This document shows positions 1 to 10,200 of a stretch of DNA of 64,000 bases, one piece after another. The stretch is from an uncultured Armatimonadetes bacterium (GTDB taxonomy: Bacteria > Armatimonadota > UBA5829 > DTJY01). The DNA is taken from NCBI GenBank assembly GCA_963717145.1, contig OY970325.1:1536001-1600000 (forward strand). The letters run 5' to 3'. The position numbers were made by a program, and so were the translations under genes. Within the stretch, counting starts at the first letter, position 1; every line of letters starts with the position of its first letter. Below the pieces are notes generated by a model. The model saw only the letters and a program-made list of their open reading frames with translations, was not told the origin of the DNA and searched no databases.

Positions 1-1005
1 GGCAGGCCGCAGAACGCGCTGAGGCAGGTTTCGCAGTACGGCATCATCGTTTTTCTGATCCTACTGTGCGCTTACTTTACCTGGCGGACCGGCGGGCTCT
101 TCGCCACTCCCAACAACCTCGTCAACGTCTCTCGCCAGATTGCCATCAACACGATCGTGGCCGTCGGGCTCACCTTCGTCATCATCAGCGGCGGTATCGA
201 CCTCTCCGTGGGCTCGGTGGTCGCACTCGCAGGCGTGATCTCGATGTCGGTCCTCCGTGACGGATTGACGGTCCACGCAGCCACGATCATCCCGATCCTC
301 CCAATGCTGTTTGCGATCCCGCTCTCCGCGATCATCGGCGCGTTGATCGGCGGAGGGCTCGGCGTCTTCAATGGGTTCGTCATCACCAGATTCCGGGTCG
401 CGCCGTTCATCGCAACACTTGGGATGATGACCATCGCGCGCGGATTTGCATTCATCTATGCGAAAAACGGCCAGCCCGTCAGTTCACTGCCTCAAGCCGT
501 AAGGGCATTCGGCGCGGGAGACCACGGGATCGGGCCGTTTGTGATCCCCAATCTGGTGGTCGCAGCGTTGCTCGTCGTGGGGCTGGGGCACCTGCTTCTC
601 ACTCGCACGAGATTCGGCCGCTATGTGTACGCCATCGGAGGCAACGAGGAGGCGGCCAGGCTGTCGGGCATCAGCGTGTCTCGCGTGAAGACGAGGATCT
701 ATGCACTCTGCGGAATGCTCGCCGGGCTGAGTGGAATGCTTCTCGCCACACGGGTGGCCTCAGGCGACCCGAAGTCAGGCGAACTCCTCGAGCTGAACGC
801 GATAGCGGCGGTGGTTCTCGGCGGCACGAGCCTCATGGGCGGACGAGGCACGGTGATCGGGACGCTTGTTGGCGCGCTGGTGATCGGCGTCCTGAACAAC
901 GGCCTCAGCCTTCTGGACGTCTCGCAGTACTACCAGTGGGTCGTCAAGGGCGCGGTTATCCTCGGTGCGGTGATTCTCGACCAGGTGACCCGCGGCACGG
1001 AGTGA
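1..1005 (+). CDS. Sugar ABC transporter permease (RbsC/BPD_transp_2 family), 5'-truncated by window edge
   Basis: Frame open from base 1; motifs GGIDLSVG, PFIATLG, GRYVYAIGGNEEAARLSGI, IAAVVLGGTSLMGG. Confidence 0.93.
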   Translation, partial: GRPQNALRQVSQYGIIVFLILLCAYFTWRTGGLFATPNNLVNVSRQIAINTIVAVGLTFVIISGGIDLSVGSVVALAGVISMSVLRDGLTVHAATIIPILPMLFAIPLSAIIGALIGGGLGVFNGFVITRFRVAPFIATLGMMTIARGFAFIYAKNGQPVSSLPQAVRAFGAGDHGIGPFVIPNLVVAALLVVGLGHLLLTRTRFGRYVYAIGGNEEAARLSGISVSRVKTRIYALCGMLAGLSGMLLATRVASGDPKSGELLELNAIAAVVLGGTSLMGGRGTVIGTLVGALVIGVLNNGLSLLDVSQYYQWVVKGAVILGAVILDQVTRGTE

Positions 1006-1027
1006 CCGCACTCCAAAGGAGATACCC

Positions 1028-1816
1028 ATGTCCACATTACTGATCGGATACGATACCGAATGCATGCACGACCCGGAGATCACGCGGGCGTTCCTCAGGA
1101 AGGCGGCTGAGGTCCACCGGGAGCACCCCTGCACGCTGTTCCTCGTCGGTAAGGTGATCGAGAACAACGCCGCCGACCTCGAGGCGCTGGCGGGCAACCC
1201 GATGTTCGACTTCCAGCAGCACACGTATTCCCACCGCCTGCTCAAGAGCGTCTGCATCGACCAGGGGAACGGCAAGATCGACTTCATCCCGGGGATGTCG
1301 CTCGCTGAGATCGAGGATGAGGTCGCCCGCACGAGCGAACTGCTCCGCCAGCGCTTCGACAAGGAGTGCCTGGGGATCACCGGCCCGTGGGCGTATTACA
1401 GAGGTCTTCAGGACAGGCAGGATATCCTGGAGATACTCCATCGGCTCGGCATCCGGTTCACGCGCACGTATGGCAGGGATCATCACGACTTCCAGCCCGT
1501 ATCATTCGCGATCCAGCCGTTCAAGTATGAGGTGCAGGGCTTCGCGGACATCACGGAGTTTCCGCTTCACGGATGGCAGGACGTCTACTGGCGCGACATC
1601 AACGGCTGGGACAACGTGAATGGATATACCAGGCACTTGCTGAACTGCATTCATCACGTGGCCGGACACAACCTGGTTTGGAGCTACGGCTCGCACGACT
1701 GGTCGAGCATCCGTGAGGATCCGGATATGACGATCATCCGGTCGTTGCTCGCAGGTGCGGACAAACGTGGCGTCAAGGTGGAATCATATCTGCACTACTA
1801 TGAGGCAAACGCATGA
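1028..1816 (+). CDS. Polysaccharide deacetylase (CE4/NodB-like) family protein
   Basis: SD aaggag; N-terminal YDTE, TLFLVG, HTYSH metal-binding motif, C-terminal HDW. Confidence 0.75.
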   Translation: MSTLLIGYDTECMHDPEITRAFLRKAAEVHREHPCTLFLVGKVIENNAADLEALAGNPMFDFQQHTYSHRLLKSVCIDQGNGKIDFIPGMSLAEIEDEVARTSELLRQRFDKECLGITGPWAYYRGLQDRQDILEILHRLGIRFTRTYGRDHHDFQPVSFAIQPFKYEVQGFADITEFPLHGWQDVYWRDINGWDNVNGYTRHLLNCIHHVAGHNLVWSYGSHDWSSIREDPDMTIIRSLLAGADKRGVKVESYLHYYEANA

Positions 1817-3075
1817 CAGACAAACTCGCGATCGAGGGCGGTGCGCCCGCCAAGACAACGCCCGAGCCGCCGATGTTTCCAGGGGCGATGGAGATCTCCG
1901 AGGAGGAGAAGCGGGCGGTATGTGAAGTGCTGGAGGAGAAGGTCCTCTTCCGGTACCATGGACGACCGAGCGGCAAAGGCCGAGTCGAGGAGTTCGAGGA
2001 GCGACTCGCCGAGCAGTTGGGCGTGAAGCATGCCCTCGCGGTCAACTCCGGCACCAGCGCGCTGATCTCAGGTCTCGTGGCCGCAGGGATCGGTCCGGGC
2101 GATGAGGTGATCGTCCCGGCGTACACGTTCGTCGCCACCCCCGCGGCGGTGATCGCGGCAAAGGCAATCCCGGTCATCGCCGAGGTCGATGATTCGCTCA
2201 CCCTCGATCCGAGCGACTTCGAGCGCAAGATCACCGAGCATACCAGGGCCGTGATCCCAGTCCACATGCGCGGCGCTCCGTCGGACATGGACCGGATCAT
2301 GGAGGTCGCGCGGAAGCACAAACTGAAGGTCATCGAGGACTCTGCCCAGGCGGTCGGGGCAAGCTACAAGGGCAAGCGGCTCGGCGCCTTCGGGGATGCC
2401 GGATGCTTCAGCCTCCAGATGTCGAAGGTCATCACCTCGGGCGAGGGCGGCGCGATGATCACGAATGACACCAATCTCTACCAGAAGGCGCGCATGTACC
2501 ACGACGCGGCGGTCAGATTCTGGGACCAGGACACCGGCATGCCGGCATTCCCCGGCGTGAACTTCCGCATGAGCGAAGTGACGGGGGCGCTCGCACTGGT
2601 TCAGTTGGCCCGGTTGGAGAGCCTGCTCGCGCGCATGAGAGCAAGCAAGTCGAGGATCAAGACCCGGATCGAGCCGAGAGACGGACTGCAATTCCGCCGG
2701 ATTCACGATCCCGAGGGCGACGCGGCCGTGTGCATCGTCTTCTTCCTCCCCGACGTCGAGACGACGAAGCGGTTCGGCGAGGCGCTCCGAGCCGAAGGTG
2801 TCGGAGCGGGTACGATCCACAACCAGGGCATCCCGGACAGGCATATCTACAACGCGTGGGCCGAGGTTCTGGAGTATCCGCGCGACGTGCAGATGGGCTG
2901 TCCGTTCACGTGCCCGATGTACAAGGGCAAGGTCAGCTACTCGAAGGACATGTGCCCACGGACGCTCGATTGCCTCGGGCGCACGATACACGTCAACGTG
3001 AGCCCGCTCTTGACGAACGACGATTGCGATGCGATTGCTCTGGGGATAAACAAGGTGGCAGCCACGCTGCTGTAG
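1813..3075 (+). CDS. DegT/DnrJ/EryC1/StrS family PLP aminotransferase
   Basis: VNSGTSAL, GDEVIVPAYTF, IEDSAQA, SLQMSKVITSGEGG (PLP lysine); ATGA overlap with upstream gene. Confidence 0.93.
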   Translation: MTDKLAIEGGAPAKTTPEPPMFPGAMEISEEEKRAVCEVLEEKVLFRYHGRPSGKGRVEEFEERLAEQLGVKHALAVNSGTSALISGLVAAGIGPGDEVIVPAYTFVATPAAVIAAKAIPVIAEVDDSLTLDPSDFERKITEHTRAVIPVHMRGAPSDMDRIMEVARKHKLKVIEDSAQAVGASYKGKRLGAFGDAGCFSLQMSKVITSGEGGAMITNDTNLYQKARMYHDAAVRFWDQDTGMPAFPGVNFRMSEVTGALALVQLARLESLLARMRASKSRIKTRIEPRDGLQFRRIHDPEGDAAVCIVFFLPDVETTKRFGEALRAEGVGAGTIHNQGIPDRHIYNAWAEVLEYPRDVQMGCPFTCPMYKGKVSYSKDMCPRTLDCLGRTIHVNVSPLLTNDDCDAIALGINKVAATLL

Positions 3076-3083
3076 CAGCAGGA

Positions 3084-3278
3084 TCAGCTCTCATGGACCG
3101 TGATTGCGCCCGTTGGGCACGCGTCCGCCGCTTCGCGGACCTGGTCCTCTAGTGCCGCGCTCGGAGACTCGTCGATCACATGGGCCAGGTTGTCGTCCCT
3201 CATCTCGAACACCTGCGGGCAGATGTCAACACATATCGCGTCGCCGATGCACAGGCTTTCGTCTATTTCCGGTCTCAA
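3084..3278 (-). CDS. Monocluster ferredoxin with CxxDxxC motif
   Basis: CIGDAIC...CP...ACPTGAI; SD aaggagg before TTG start. Confidence 0.9.
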   Translation of the reverse strand: MRPEIDESLCIGDAICVDICPQVFEMRDDNLAHVIDESPSAALEDQVREAADACPTGAITVHES

Positions 3279-3452
3279 GGTCTATGCCTCCTTTGTAACC
3301 CTCGCCAACCAACGCCTGCTCTCTTCCCAGTTCTACCCACATGCATATCCGCCAAAACGAACGCAGGAAACGGCATCCGCCACCGCTAACGATGATGAGG
3401 CAGGCGGTATTCCCAACGGCGGGCCCGCCCCTGACCGGAAACTCGGGAGGTA

Positions 3453-4763
3453 ATGATGGTCAAGCTCGTACGTATACCCCTTGTGCTGCTGATTGCGGCG
3501 CTGCTCGTCACCGGTCTGTTCGATCTTCCGACTCAGAGATCGCTCGCGGACGGTGAGAGCACATGCAGGACGTGTCATAGCCAGTCCACGCCGGTGATCG
3601 TGGCTCAATGGAACGATAGCAAGCATGGCCAGTCCGGAATCGACTGCGCGGTATGCCATGCGGCCAAGGAGGGCGCGCCCGGAGCGAAGAAGCACTTCGA
3701 TGGGAGCTTCATCACCCCCGTGGTCAGCCCCAAGGTCTGCGGACAGTGTCATGCCGATCAGGAGAAGCAGTTTACCGCAAGTCATCACGCCGGCGCCGCG
3801 AGGTTCATCGGCTCATTGGATAACGTCCTCGGCGAGATGATCGAGGGCGGACCGTCTGCGAACCTGGGATGCAAGCAGTGTCACGGAAGCACCGTGAAGG
3901 TCGCTGAAGATGGCAGCCTTGATGACGAGACTTGGCCGAACTCCGGGATCGGGCGCATCAACCCGGACGGCAGCAACGGCGCATGCTCGTCCTGCCACTC
4001 GCGACACACCTTCTCGATCGCTCAGGCGCGCGAGCCGGAGACATGCGGGAAGTGCCATCTCGGACCGGACCATCCGCAGCTCGAGATCTTCAACGAGTCG
4101 AAGCATGGCATCCTCTACAGGGCCAACAAGGACAAGATGAACCTGAGCGCCAGGCCCTGGGTGGTCGGGAAGGATTACTCGGCCGCGCCGAACTGCGCCA
4201 CATGTCACATGTCCGCGACGCCGAGCCAACCGATGACTCACGACATCGGTACTCGGATAAGCTGGACTCTCAGACCCGCCATCTCAACGAAACTCGAGAA
4301 CTGGGAGGCGCGCCGGGAATCGATGCAGGGGGTATGCCGCCAGTGCCACTCACTGAGCTATGTGAAGAGCTTCTACAAGCAGTTCGATGGCGCGGTGAAC
4401 CTGTACAACGACAAGTTCGCCAGGCCCGCGAAAGACGCCATGGATAAGCTCTACGCGGACAAGCTCCTCACGGACACGCCGTTCGACGAACAGATCGAAT
4501 GGGATTACTACATGCTCTGGCATCATGAGGGCCGCCGGACACGGCACGGAGCGGCGATGATGGGGGCGGACTACGTCCAGTGGCATGGGTTCTTCGAGGT
4601 CGCCGACCGGTTCTACAACGACTTCCTGCCCGAGGTGAAGAGCCTCAAGCCCGAGTACGCTGAGAGCATTCTGAGCCTCAACGACCACAAGTGGAAGACC
4701 GGACTCCCCAAAGAGGAACGGGAGAAGGTCCTCCAGTACTACAAGGAGCGGTACGGGCAGTAG
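3453..4763 (+). CDS. Exported octaheme cytochrome c, hydroxylamine oxidoreductase-like
   Basis: Signal peptide; eight CxxCH (CRTCH, CAVCH, CGQCH, CKQCH, CSSCH, CGKCH, CATCH, CRQCH); GPDHPQ and WHHEGRR..HGAAMMGADY..WHG motifs. Confidence 0.88.
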   Translation: MMVKLVRIPLVLLIAALLVTGLFDLPTQRSLADGESTCRTCHSQSTPVIVAQWNDSKHGQSGIDCAVCHAAKEGAPGAKKHFDGSFITPVVSPKVCGQCHADQEKQFTASHHAGAARFIGSLDNVLGEMIEGGPSANLGCKQCHGSTVKVAEDGSLDDETWPNSGIGRINPDGSNGACSSCHSRHTFSIAQAREPETCGKCHLGPDHPQLEIFNESKHGILYRANKDKMNLSARPWVVGKDYSAAPNCATCHMSATPSQPMTHDIGTRISWTLRPAISTKLENWEARRESMQGVCRQCHSLSYVKSFYKQFDGAVNLYNDKFARPAKDAMDKLYADKLLTDTPFDEQIEWDYYMLWHHEGRRTRHGAAMMGADYVQWHGFFEVADRFYNDFLPEVKSLKPEYAESILSLNDHKWKTGLPKEEREKVLQYYKERYGQ

Positions 4764-4770
4764 GGGGGAC

Positions 4771-4821
4771 GGTTGATGGTTGATGGCGGAGCATTCCCCA
4801 TCAACCATGAACCATCAACCA
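4771..4821. repeat. Inverted heptamer-repeat hairpin between convergent genes
   Basis: GGTTGATGGTTGATGG ... CCATCAACCATGAACCATCAACC. Confidence 0.6.
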
Positions 4822-4826
4822 TTCCG

Positions 4827-5651
4827 CTATGGCCCCACGAGTTCTATATTGGCGAGGGCATGGATATCCTGCGGGGTCAGGCTGTAGAGGATGTCGTACA
4901 ACACCGTGTGGAACGTGCCGGGGCGATTCCCGGTATCGTGTGCCGCAACCTGGCCGGCGATCCCGAAGGCAGTCAGCCCCCCCACCGCCGCGACGAACGG
5001 ATCACTTTGCACGGCCGCGAACGCGCCTACGATCACGTTCGACATGCATCCTGTACCGACCACCTTGCTCAGCATCGCGTGACCGTTGGAGATCCGCACG
5101 GTGCGCTCGCCGTCGCTGACTACATCGACAACCCCGGTTATCGCCACAGTGCAGCCGTACATGCGCGCAAACTCCTGAGCGATCGTTTCGGCTGATTCCG
5201 AAGCATCGATGTGCTCGACCCCACGCACCTCAGCCGCGATCCCTGCCAGCGTGGCCACTTCGCCCGCATTCCCGCGCACGACTGAAATCCTGATGTCTTC
5301 AAGCAATCGCTTGCTCGCAGTAGTCCTCAGCGTAGTAGCGCCTGCCCCGACCGGATCGAGGATCACCGGAATCCCACTCGCATTTGCCTGCCTGCCCGCT
5401 AGCGCCATTGCCTCCACCCAGTCCGGGGTCAGTGTGCCAATGTTCAGCACCAGGGCGCCGGCCAGCCGCACCATCTCCTCGACCTCCTCGGCCGCGTGAG
5501 ACATTATGGGGAGCGCCCCGATGCAGAGCGTAGCGTTGGCCGTCTCGTTCATGACGACAAAATTGGTGATGCTGTGTACCAGCGGGCGTTTCTCGCGAAT
5601 CAGCGCCAGGTCATCAGCGACAGTTTGTACCAGATCCATGTCGGCCTCCAC
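4827..5651 (-). CDS. thiM: Hydroxyethylthiazole kinase
   Basis: PLVHSITNFV, LVLNIGTL, VILDPVGAGAT, RGNAGE, VGTGC; start may be 5639. Confidence 0.95.
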   Translation of the reverse strand: MEADMDLVQTVADDLALIREKRPLVHSITNFVVMNETANATLCIGALPIMSHAAEEVEEMVRLAGALVLNIGTLTPDWVEAMALAGRQANASGIPVILDPVGAGATTLRTTASKRLLEDIRISVVRGNAGEVATLAGIAAEVRGVEHIDASESAETIAQEFARMYGCTVAITGVVDVVSDGERTVRISNGHAMLSKVVGTGCMSNVIVGAFAAVQSDPFVAAVGGLTAFGIAGQVAAHDTGNRPGTFHTVLYDILYSLTPQDIHALANIELVGP

Positions 5652-5858
5652 GAGTTGGGGTATTGCCAGTATTGTAACCGAAATCGCACGCCGATGGAAG
5701 GCCCGGAAGATCGAGACTCGCAGTTTTGCCTCGACGTCGGACGGAGAAAGAGCGCGAAAAGCAAGGGTAACTAGCCAAGCATTCGGTAGTCAAGTTTACG
5801 TTTGCTCAAAAATGGGCAAATTCCTTATAGGATGCCTCCGTCTGTCCCATGAGGAAAC

Positions 5859-7763
5859 TTGATGCCGCTTAGTCTTCGGTCTATCATACGACCTCTGCTG
5901 GTTCTTCTTACGATCCTTGCGGTCGCCTCAGCGGTGATCGCACGTACCGACACGCCTTTTTCGATGCGGACGGGCCGCAAGAACGCGATCGTATGGCAGG
6001 ACTTCGAAAACTGGCTCATGATCACCGAAGATCTCACCGCCGGCCGGATATGCTACTTCTATGATCCGGTAAGGAAGATCATCATCAACCTCATCGATGA
6101 GATGCAGACCACTGCGGCCCCGCTCGGGTCCACCATCAAGTGGCTGATGTACGTGGATCGTTACCAGAATTTGGACCGGCTGATGTCCGGTGATGTAGAC
6201 AACGACGGCTCCCACATCACCTACCTGAGCAATCAGAAGCAGGTCGGCTGCGGAATGACGGGCACTATCTGCATCTTTGGCCAGTACAGGAATGAAAAGG
6301 TCGGCGACATCTTCCCTGTGGACATCTACAACCTCGATGTGGAACGCGGCGGCGTAACGTTGTTCTGTGGGAGCGACACCGAGAAGAGCCAATTCGCGCA
6401 CGACGGCGACCTTATCGTCTATCGGGCCAACTTCAGCACGACCGACGCCCGCATATATGGCATCCACTTCAGCGGCGGAACGGAGTTCGAAATCGCACCG
6501 AGAAACGGCTTCGAGCCGTCGGTCTGCGGCCCACTCGTCGCATGGTACGAGGCGAACGGCCCCGGCTTCAACATCATGGGGAAGAACCTCGATACGGGCG
6601 AGCTGCGAACGATCGCCTACACGACAGCCACTCCTCCACGACCTGAGGCCGGTCGGGGCGCCATTTTCTGGCAGGACAAGCGGACCTCCGGCTCGACCGG
6701 GGTCGACATCTACGGCTATGACTGGGAAAGCGGCGAGGAGTTCCCCGTCACGACGGCGACCGGCGATCAGTTGAAGCTGCGAGTGTGCGACAACCTCGTC
6801 ACATGGACGACCGGTACCACCAGCCAGACCCAGTGGGGAGCATGGATACTGGACCCGGTCGAGATCAGTGACCTGGCCGTGACCCTTGTCACCCCGACTT
6901 CAACCACGCTCGGATGGACCTCACCGGGAGATACCGACAACCCACCCGTGACATACGATCTCCGCACGAGGACGGATGGTCCGATCACTGACGGCAACTG
7001 GGCGACATCGACCTCCGTCCCCGGAGTGCCCGCGCCGCAACCCGTCGGCGGAGTGGAATCGTTCACAGTCCCGCTGCCACCCGGCCGCCACTACTTCGCG
7101 CTCAAGGCACAACTCGAGAATGGCGACTGGTCGATGCCGTCCGACTGCGTCTCAGCCTACGTGGCGGACGAAGTGACTGCACTCAGGGATGCCGATGAGG
7201 GAGCCTGCATCAGCTTCACCGGGGTCGTAGGCGGGATCGGAGCGGGAGGGATTCTTTACTGCCAGAGAAGCGGTCGATCTCAGGGTGTGCGTACGATTCC
7301 GACGTCGCTCCCGGCGCTCACAGTCGGCCAACGGGTGACAGTCACGGGCAATCTGACCCAGGATGCAGTCCTGTGCGGGCCGGTCCTTCGGGACGCTGTC
7401 GTCTCGCTCAACGCAGGCACGGAAGTCGTTGGATCGCTCGCGATGAAGGGGCTCGCACTTGGGGGGTTCGATTCGCGATACGGCGGGACTGCTGAGAAGA
7501 ACCTTTCGAATCTGTGGATGCGAGTGAGGCTCTCAGGAAAGATCTCGTACCTCACCACGACCTCCGGATGCTCATTCTACATCAATGATGGCTCCCAGTT
7601 GCTGGACAATACGGGCAAAGGCGTACTTGTCACGAGCCCCTTCCCTGCTCCCGCCGGCATCGCTGACGGCAAGTTCGTCTCGGTCGACGGCATATGCCGC
7701 GTGTCCAGGTCGAGCGGCCGCCAGATCGAGGTCGTTGAGACCACGGGAATCCACGTCTGGTAG
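5859..7763 (+). CDS. Secreted multidomain protein (beta-propeller repeats, Fn3-like domain, C-terminal OB-like region)
   Basis: Signal peptide; repeats like IFWQDKR...DIYGYD; LGWTSPGD...YDLR...YFALK Fn3 signature. Confidence 0.6.
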   Translation: MMPLSLRSIIRPLLVLLTILAVASAVIARTDTPFSMRTGRKNAIVWQDFENWLMITEDLTAGRICYFYDPVRKIIINLIDEMQTTAAPLGSTIKWLMYVDRYQNLDRLMSGDVDNDGSHITYLSNQKQVGCGMTGTICIFGQYRNEKVGDIFPVDIYNLDVERGGVTLFCGSDTEKSQFAHDGDLIVYRANFSTTDARIYGIHFSGGTEFEIAPRNGFEPSVCGPLVAWYEANGPGFNIMGKNLDTGELRTIAYTTATPPRPEAGRGAIFWQDKRTSGSTGVDIYGYDWESGEEFPVTTATGDQLKLRVCDNLVTWTTGTTSQTQWGAWILDPVEISDLAVTLVTPTSTTLGWTSPGDTDNPPVTYDLRTRTDGPITDGNWATSTSVPGVPAPQPVGGVESFTVPLPPGRHYFALKAQLENGDWSMPSDCVSAYVADEVTALRDADEGACISFTGVVGGIGAGGILYCQRSGRSQGVRTIPTSLPALTVGQRVTVTGNLTQDAVLCGPVLRDAVVSLNAGTEVVGSLAMKGLALGGFDSRYGGTAEKNLSNLWMRVRLSGKISYLTTTSGCSFYINDGSQLLDNTGKGVLVTSPFPAPAGIADGKFVSVDGICRVSRSSGRQIEVVETTGIHVW

Positions 7764-7791
7764 AGACCGCGCCGGGCCGCTTTCCGCACTC

Positions 7792-9045
7792 CTACTGCAG
7801 ACTCAGCCTCACGATATAGGCATCTGATTGGTCGAAATCCGGGAGAGTGATCCTGATCCGATTCGACTCGCAGTCAGCGCTCACTGCAACTACCTCGGGA
7901 CTGATGAGCGCCTTCCATCCCGATGCCGGGATGCGTTCTGCGCGCACGTAGACCTTTCCGCTCGCATTCAGGAATTCGAGTTCTACGGGACCGGATTCCT
8001 TGCCATCACGCCCCAGGACCACACGCACCGTCTTCGTCCCAGAGTCGAGACCTGCGACGCCATCGACGGTCGCGCTCGGCTTGAGGTCCACGAGCCGTCC
8101 GTTGATATCGGCATAGCCCTTGTACGCCCACCAGGTGGACCTCGGTTGCTTGTCGGGATGCGTCAGTATGCCGTCGAGCGATTGGTTCTCACAGGCGCTC
8201 ACACCCGCAGCCTCGTCGCCCCAGCAGGCGTGGCACGCGCCATCGACTCCCGCTCGTTCGATGTTGGCGAAGTAGTGGACCGTGACCCCCGGGTTAGTCG
8301 CCTGCTTGCTGTTGATGATCTCGTTCAAGCAGATCGGCAGATCCTTGATGCCCTGCTCCTTCATGAAGCGGCGCATCTCGTCGACATGCGCGGGGATCTT
8401 CCTCGGGTCGCCGAACTCGTGCCAGGCCAGCTTGTCAGGCAGGGCATCGTTCTCCTTCATGTGGAGGAGGAATGCCTCCAGGTACTTGCGGTCGTAGCCG
8501 GAGATGCTCGGGCCGACGATCACCGCCTTCGGGTCGATGGACCGGATCTTACGGTAGGCATGTATCCACGTCTCGAAGAGCCGCGCCTGATCGCGTTTCC
8601 AGAAGTAGCCGATGTTCGGCTCGTTCCAGATATCCCACTCGAAGGTGTAGCGCCTCTCCTTCGCGCGCTTGACGAGATTCTCCACGAGCGATTCCCAGGC
8701 GGCCCAGTTGCCGTTGTCCCCGGGCCAGACACCGTCCTGCGGGTAGCCGGTGCTATCGGAGATGACGACCTGCATCCGAGCGCCGAGTTTCTTCACCCTC
8801 GCGTAGTTGGCAAAGGCGCCCTCGCCCTTGCCGTGCCAGTCCTCGGCCCACATGCGAAAGAGCTTGGGCTTGAGCGGATCGACCAGCGACGGCTCGGGCA
8901 CGGTGGCCGTCATCGCGTGGAGGAAGCCGCTCGCACGATGCGAAACGGGCCCACGGTTGGCGGAGAGGTCGACGGTAACGACCTCCTGCGCCGAGCACGT
9001 CGCTGCCAGGATGACGAGCAAGATCATAGTCAACAGGGATCTCAT
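7792..9045 (-). CDS. Secreted clan GH-A glycoside hydrolase (GH39-like)
   Basis: Signal peptide; WDIWNEPN acid/base motif, VGPS, LAWHE, CLNE. Confidence 0.75.
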   Translation of the reverse strand: MRSLLTMILLVILAATCSAQEVVTVDLSANRGPVSHRASGFLHAMTATVPEPSLVDPLKPKLFRMWAEDWHGKGEGAFANYARVKKLGARMQVVISDSTGYPQDGVWPGDNGNWAAWESLVENLVKRAKERRYTFEWDIWNEPNIGYFWKRDQARLFETWIHAYRKIRSIDPKAVIVGPSISGYDRKYLEAFLLHMKENDALPDKLAWHEFGDPRKIPAHVDEMRRFMKEQGIKDLPICLNEIINSKQATNPGVTVHYFANIERAGVDGACHACWGDEAAGVSACENQSLDGILTHPDKQPRSTWWAYKGYADINGRLVDLKPSATVDGVAGLDSGTKTVRVVLGRDGKESGPVELEFLNASGKVYVRAERIPASGWKALISPEVVAVSADCESNRIRITLPDFDQSDAYIVRLSLQ

Positions 9046-9071
9046 GGATTCATCTCCCAGTCATCCTCCAA

Positions 9072-10058
9072 TCAAAGCGCGGCGTCGATCTGAGCCAGCT
9101 CTTCGGCGCTGAACGACAGGTTGCTCAGTGCCGCCACGTTCTCCTCGATCTGGGACACCTTGCTCGCCCCGATGAGGGCCGACGTCACCCGCTCATCGCG
9201 CAGTACCCATGCGAGCGACATCTGTGCGAGCGACTGCCCGCGACCGGATGCGATATCGTTCAGCTTCCGGACCTTCGCCAGGACATCCTCGGTGATCCGG
9301 TCCGCCTTCAGGAATCCCCAGGGCTTGGAGGCGCGGGAATCCTCAGGGATGCCGTTGAGGTACTTCGTGGTCAGCAGCCCCTGTGCGAGCGGACAGAACG
9401 CGATGCACCCGATCCCCTCGGCCTCCAGCACGTCGAGCAGCTTCTCCTCGATCGAGCGGTTGAGCATCGAGTAGCTCGGCTGATGGATCAGGCAAGGCGT
9501 CCCCAGCCGCTTGAGTATCGCCGAGGCGGCCGCGGTCTGCTCCGGGCTGTACGACGAAATACCGACGTAGAGCGCCTTCCCCTGGCGAACGATCTGATCG
9601 AGCGCGCCCATCGTCTCCTCCAAAGGCGTCTCGGGATCCGGGCGGTGGTGGTAGAAGAGGTCAACGTAGTCGATCCCCATGCGGGCGAGCGATTGATCGA
9701 GGCTCGCGATGAGGTACTTCCGAGAACCCCAGTCGCCATATGGACCGGGCCACATCCCCCACCCTGCCTTGGTGGAGATGAACAATTCGTCGCGGTACGG
9801 CTTGAGGTCCTTGGCCATGACCCGGGCGAACGACTCCTCGGCGGAACCTGGAGGCGGGCCGTAGTTGTTCGCGATGTCGAAGTGCGAAATCCCAAGGTCG
9901 AACGCGCGAAGGAGCATCTCGCGGCTGTTCGACTGAGTATCGACTCCGCCGAAGTTGTGCCAGAGCCCGAGCGAGATCAGCGGGAGCTTGATCCCGCTCC
10001 GCCCGCACCGGCGGTACTGCATGGCTTCGTAACGTGTCCTGGATGCATCGTAAGTCAT
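9072..10058 (-). CDS. Aldo/keto reductase, L-glyceraldehyde 3-phosphate reductase (YghZ/Gpr) family
   Basis: LGLWHNFG, FDIANNYGPPPGSAE, STKAG, YHHRPDPETPLEETM, LIHQPSYSM. Confidence 0.92.
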   Translation of the reverse strand: MTYDASRTRYEAMQYRRCGRSGIKLPLISLGLWHNFGGVDTQSNSREMLLRAFDLGISHFDIANNYGPPPGSAEESFARVMAKDLKPYRDELFISTKAGWGMWPGPYGDWGSRKYLIASLDQSLARMGIDYVDLFYHHRPDPETPLEETMGALDQIVRQGKALYVGISSYSPEQTAAASAILKRLGTPCLIHQPSYSMLNRSIEEKLLDVLEAEGIGCIAFCPLAQGLLTTKYLNGIPEDSRASKPWGFLKADRITEDVLAKVRKLNDIASGRGQSLAQMSLAWVLRDERVTSALIGASKVSQIEENVAALSNLSFSAEELAQIDAAL

Positions 10059-10200
10059 CTGAGTCCCCTTGGCTGGTAGTTACTGAGTCCCTGTTCGCCG
10101 TGCAGCCGGCATTGCCCTCCACAGCGCCGAAATCGTGTAACATCCCGGGTGTTTAGGCGTATAATCCTACAGCAGAGCTTCGAAGTAGGAGGTTCATACG

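Noticed and set aside
5652-5858. TPP riboswitch upstream of thiM
   Set aside because: The conserved CTGAGA and CCTGA core motifs were not found on the minus strand
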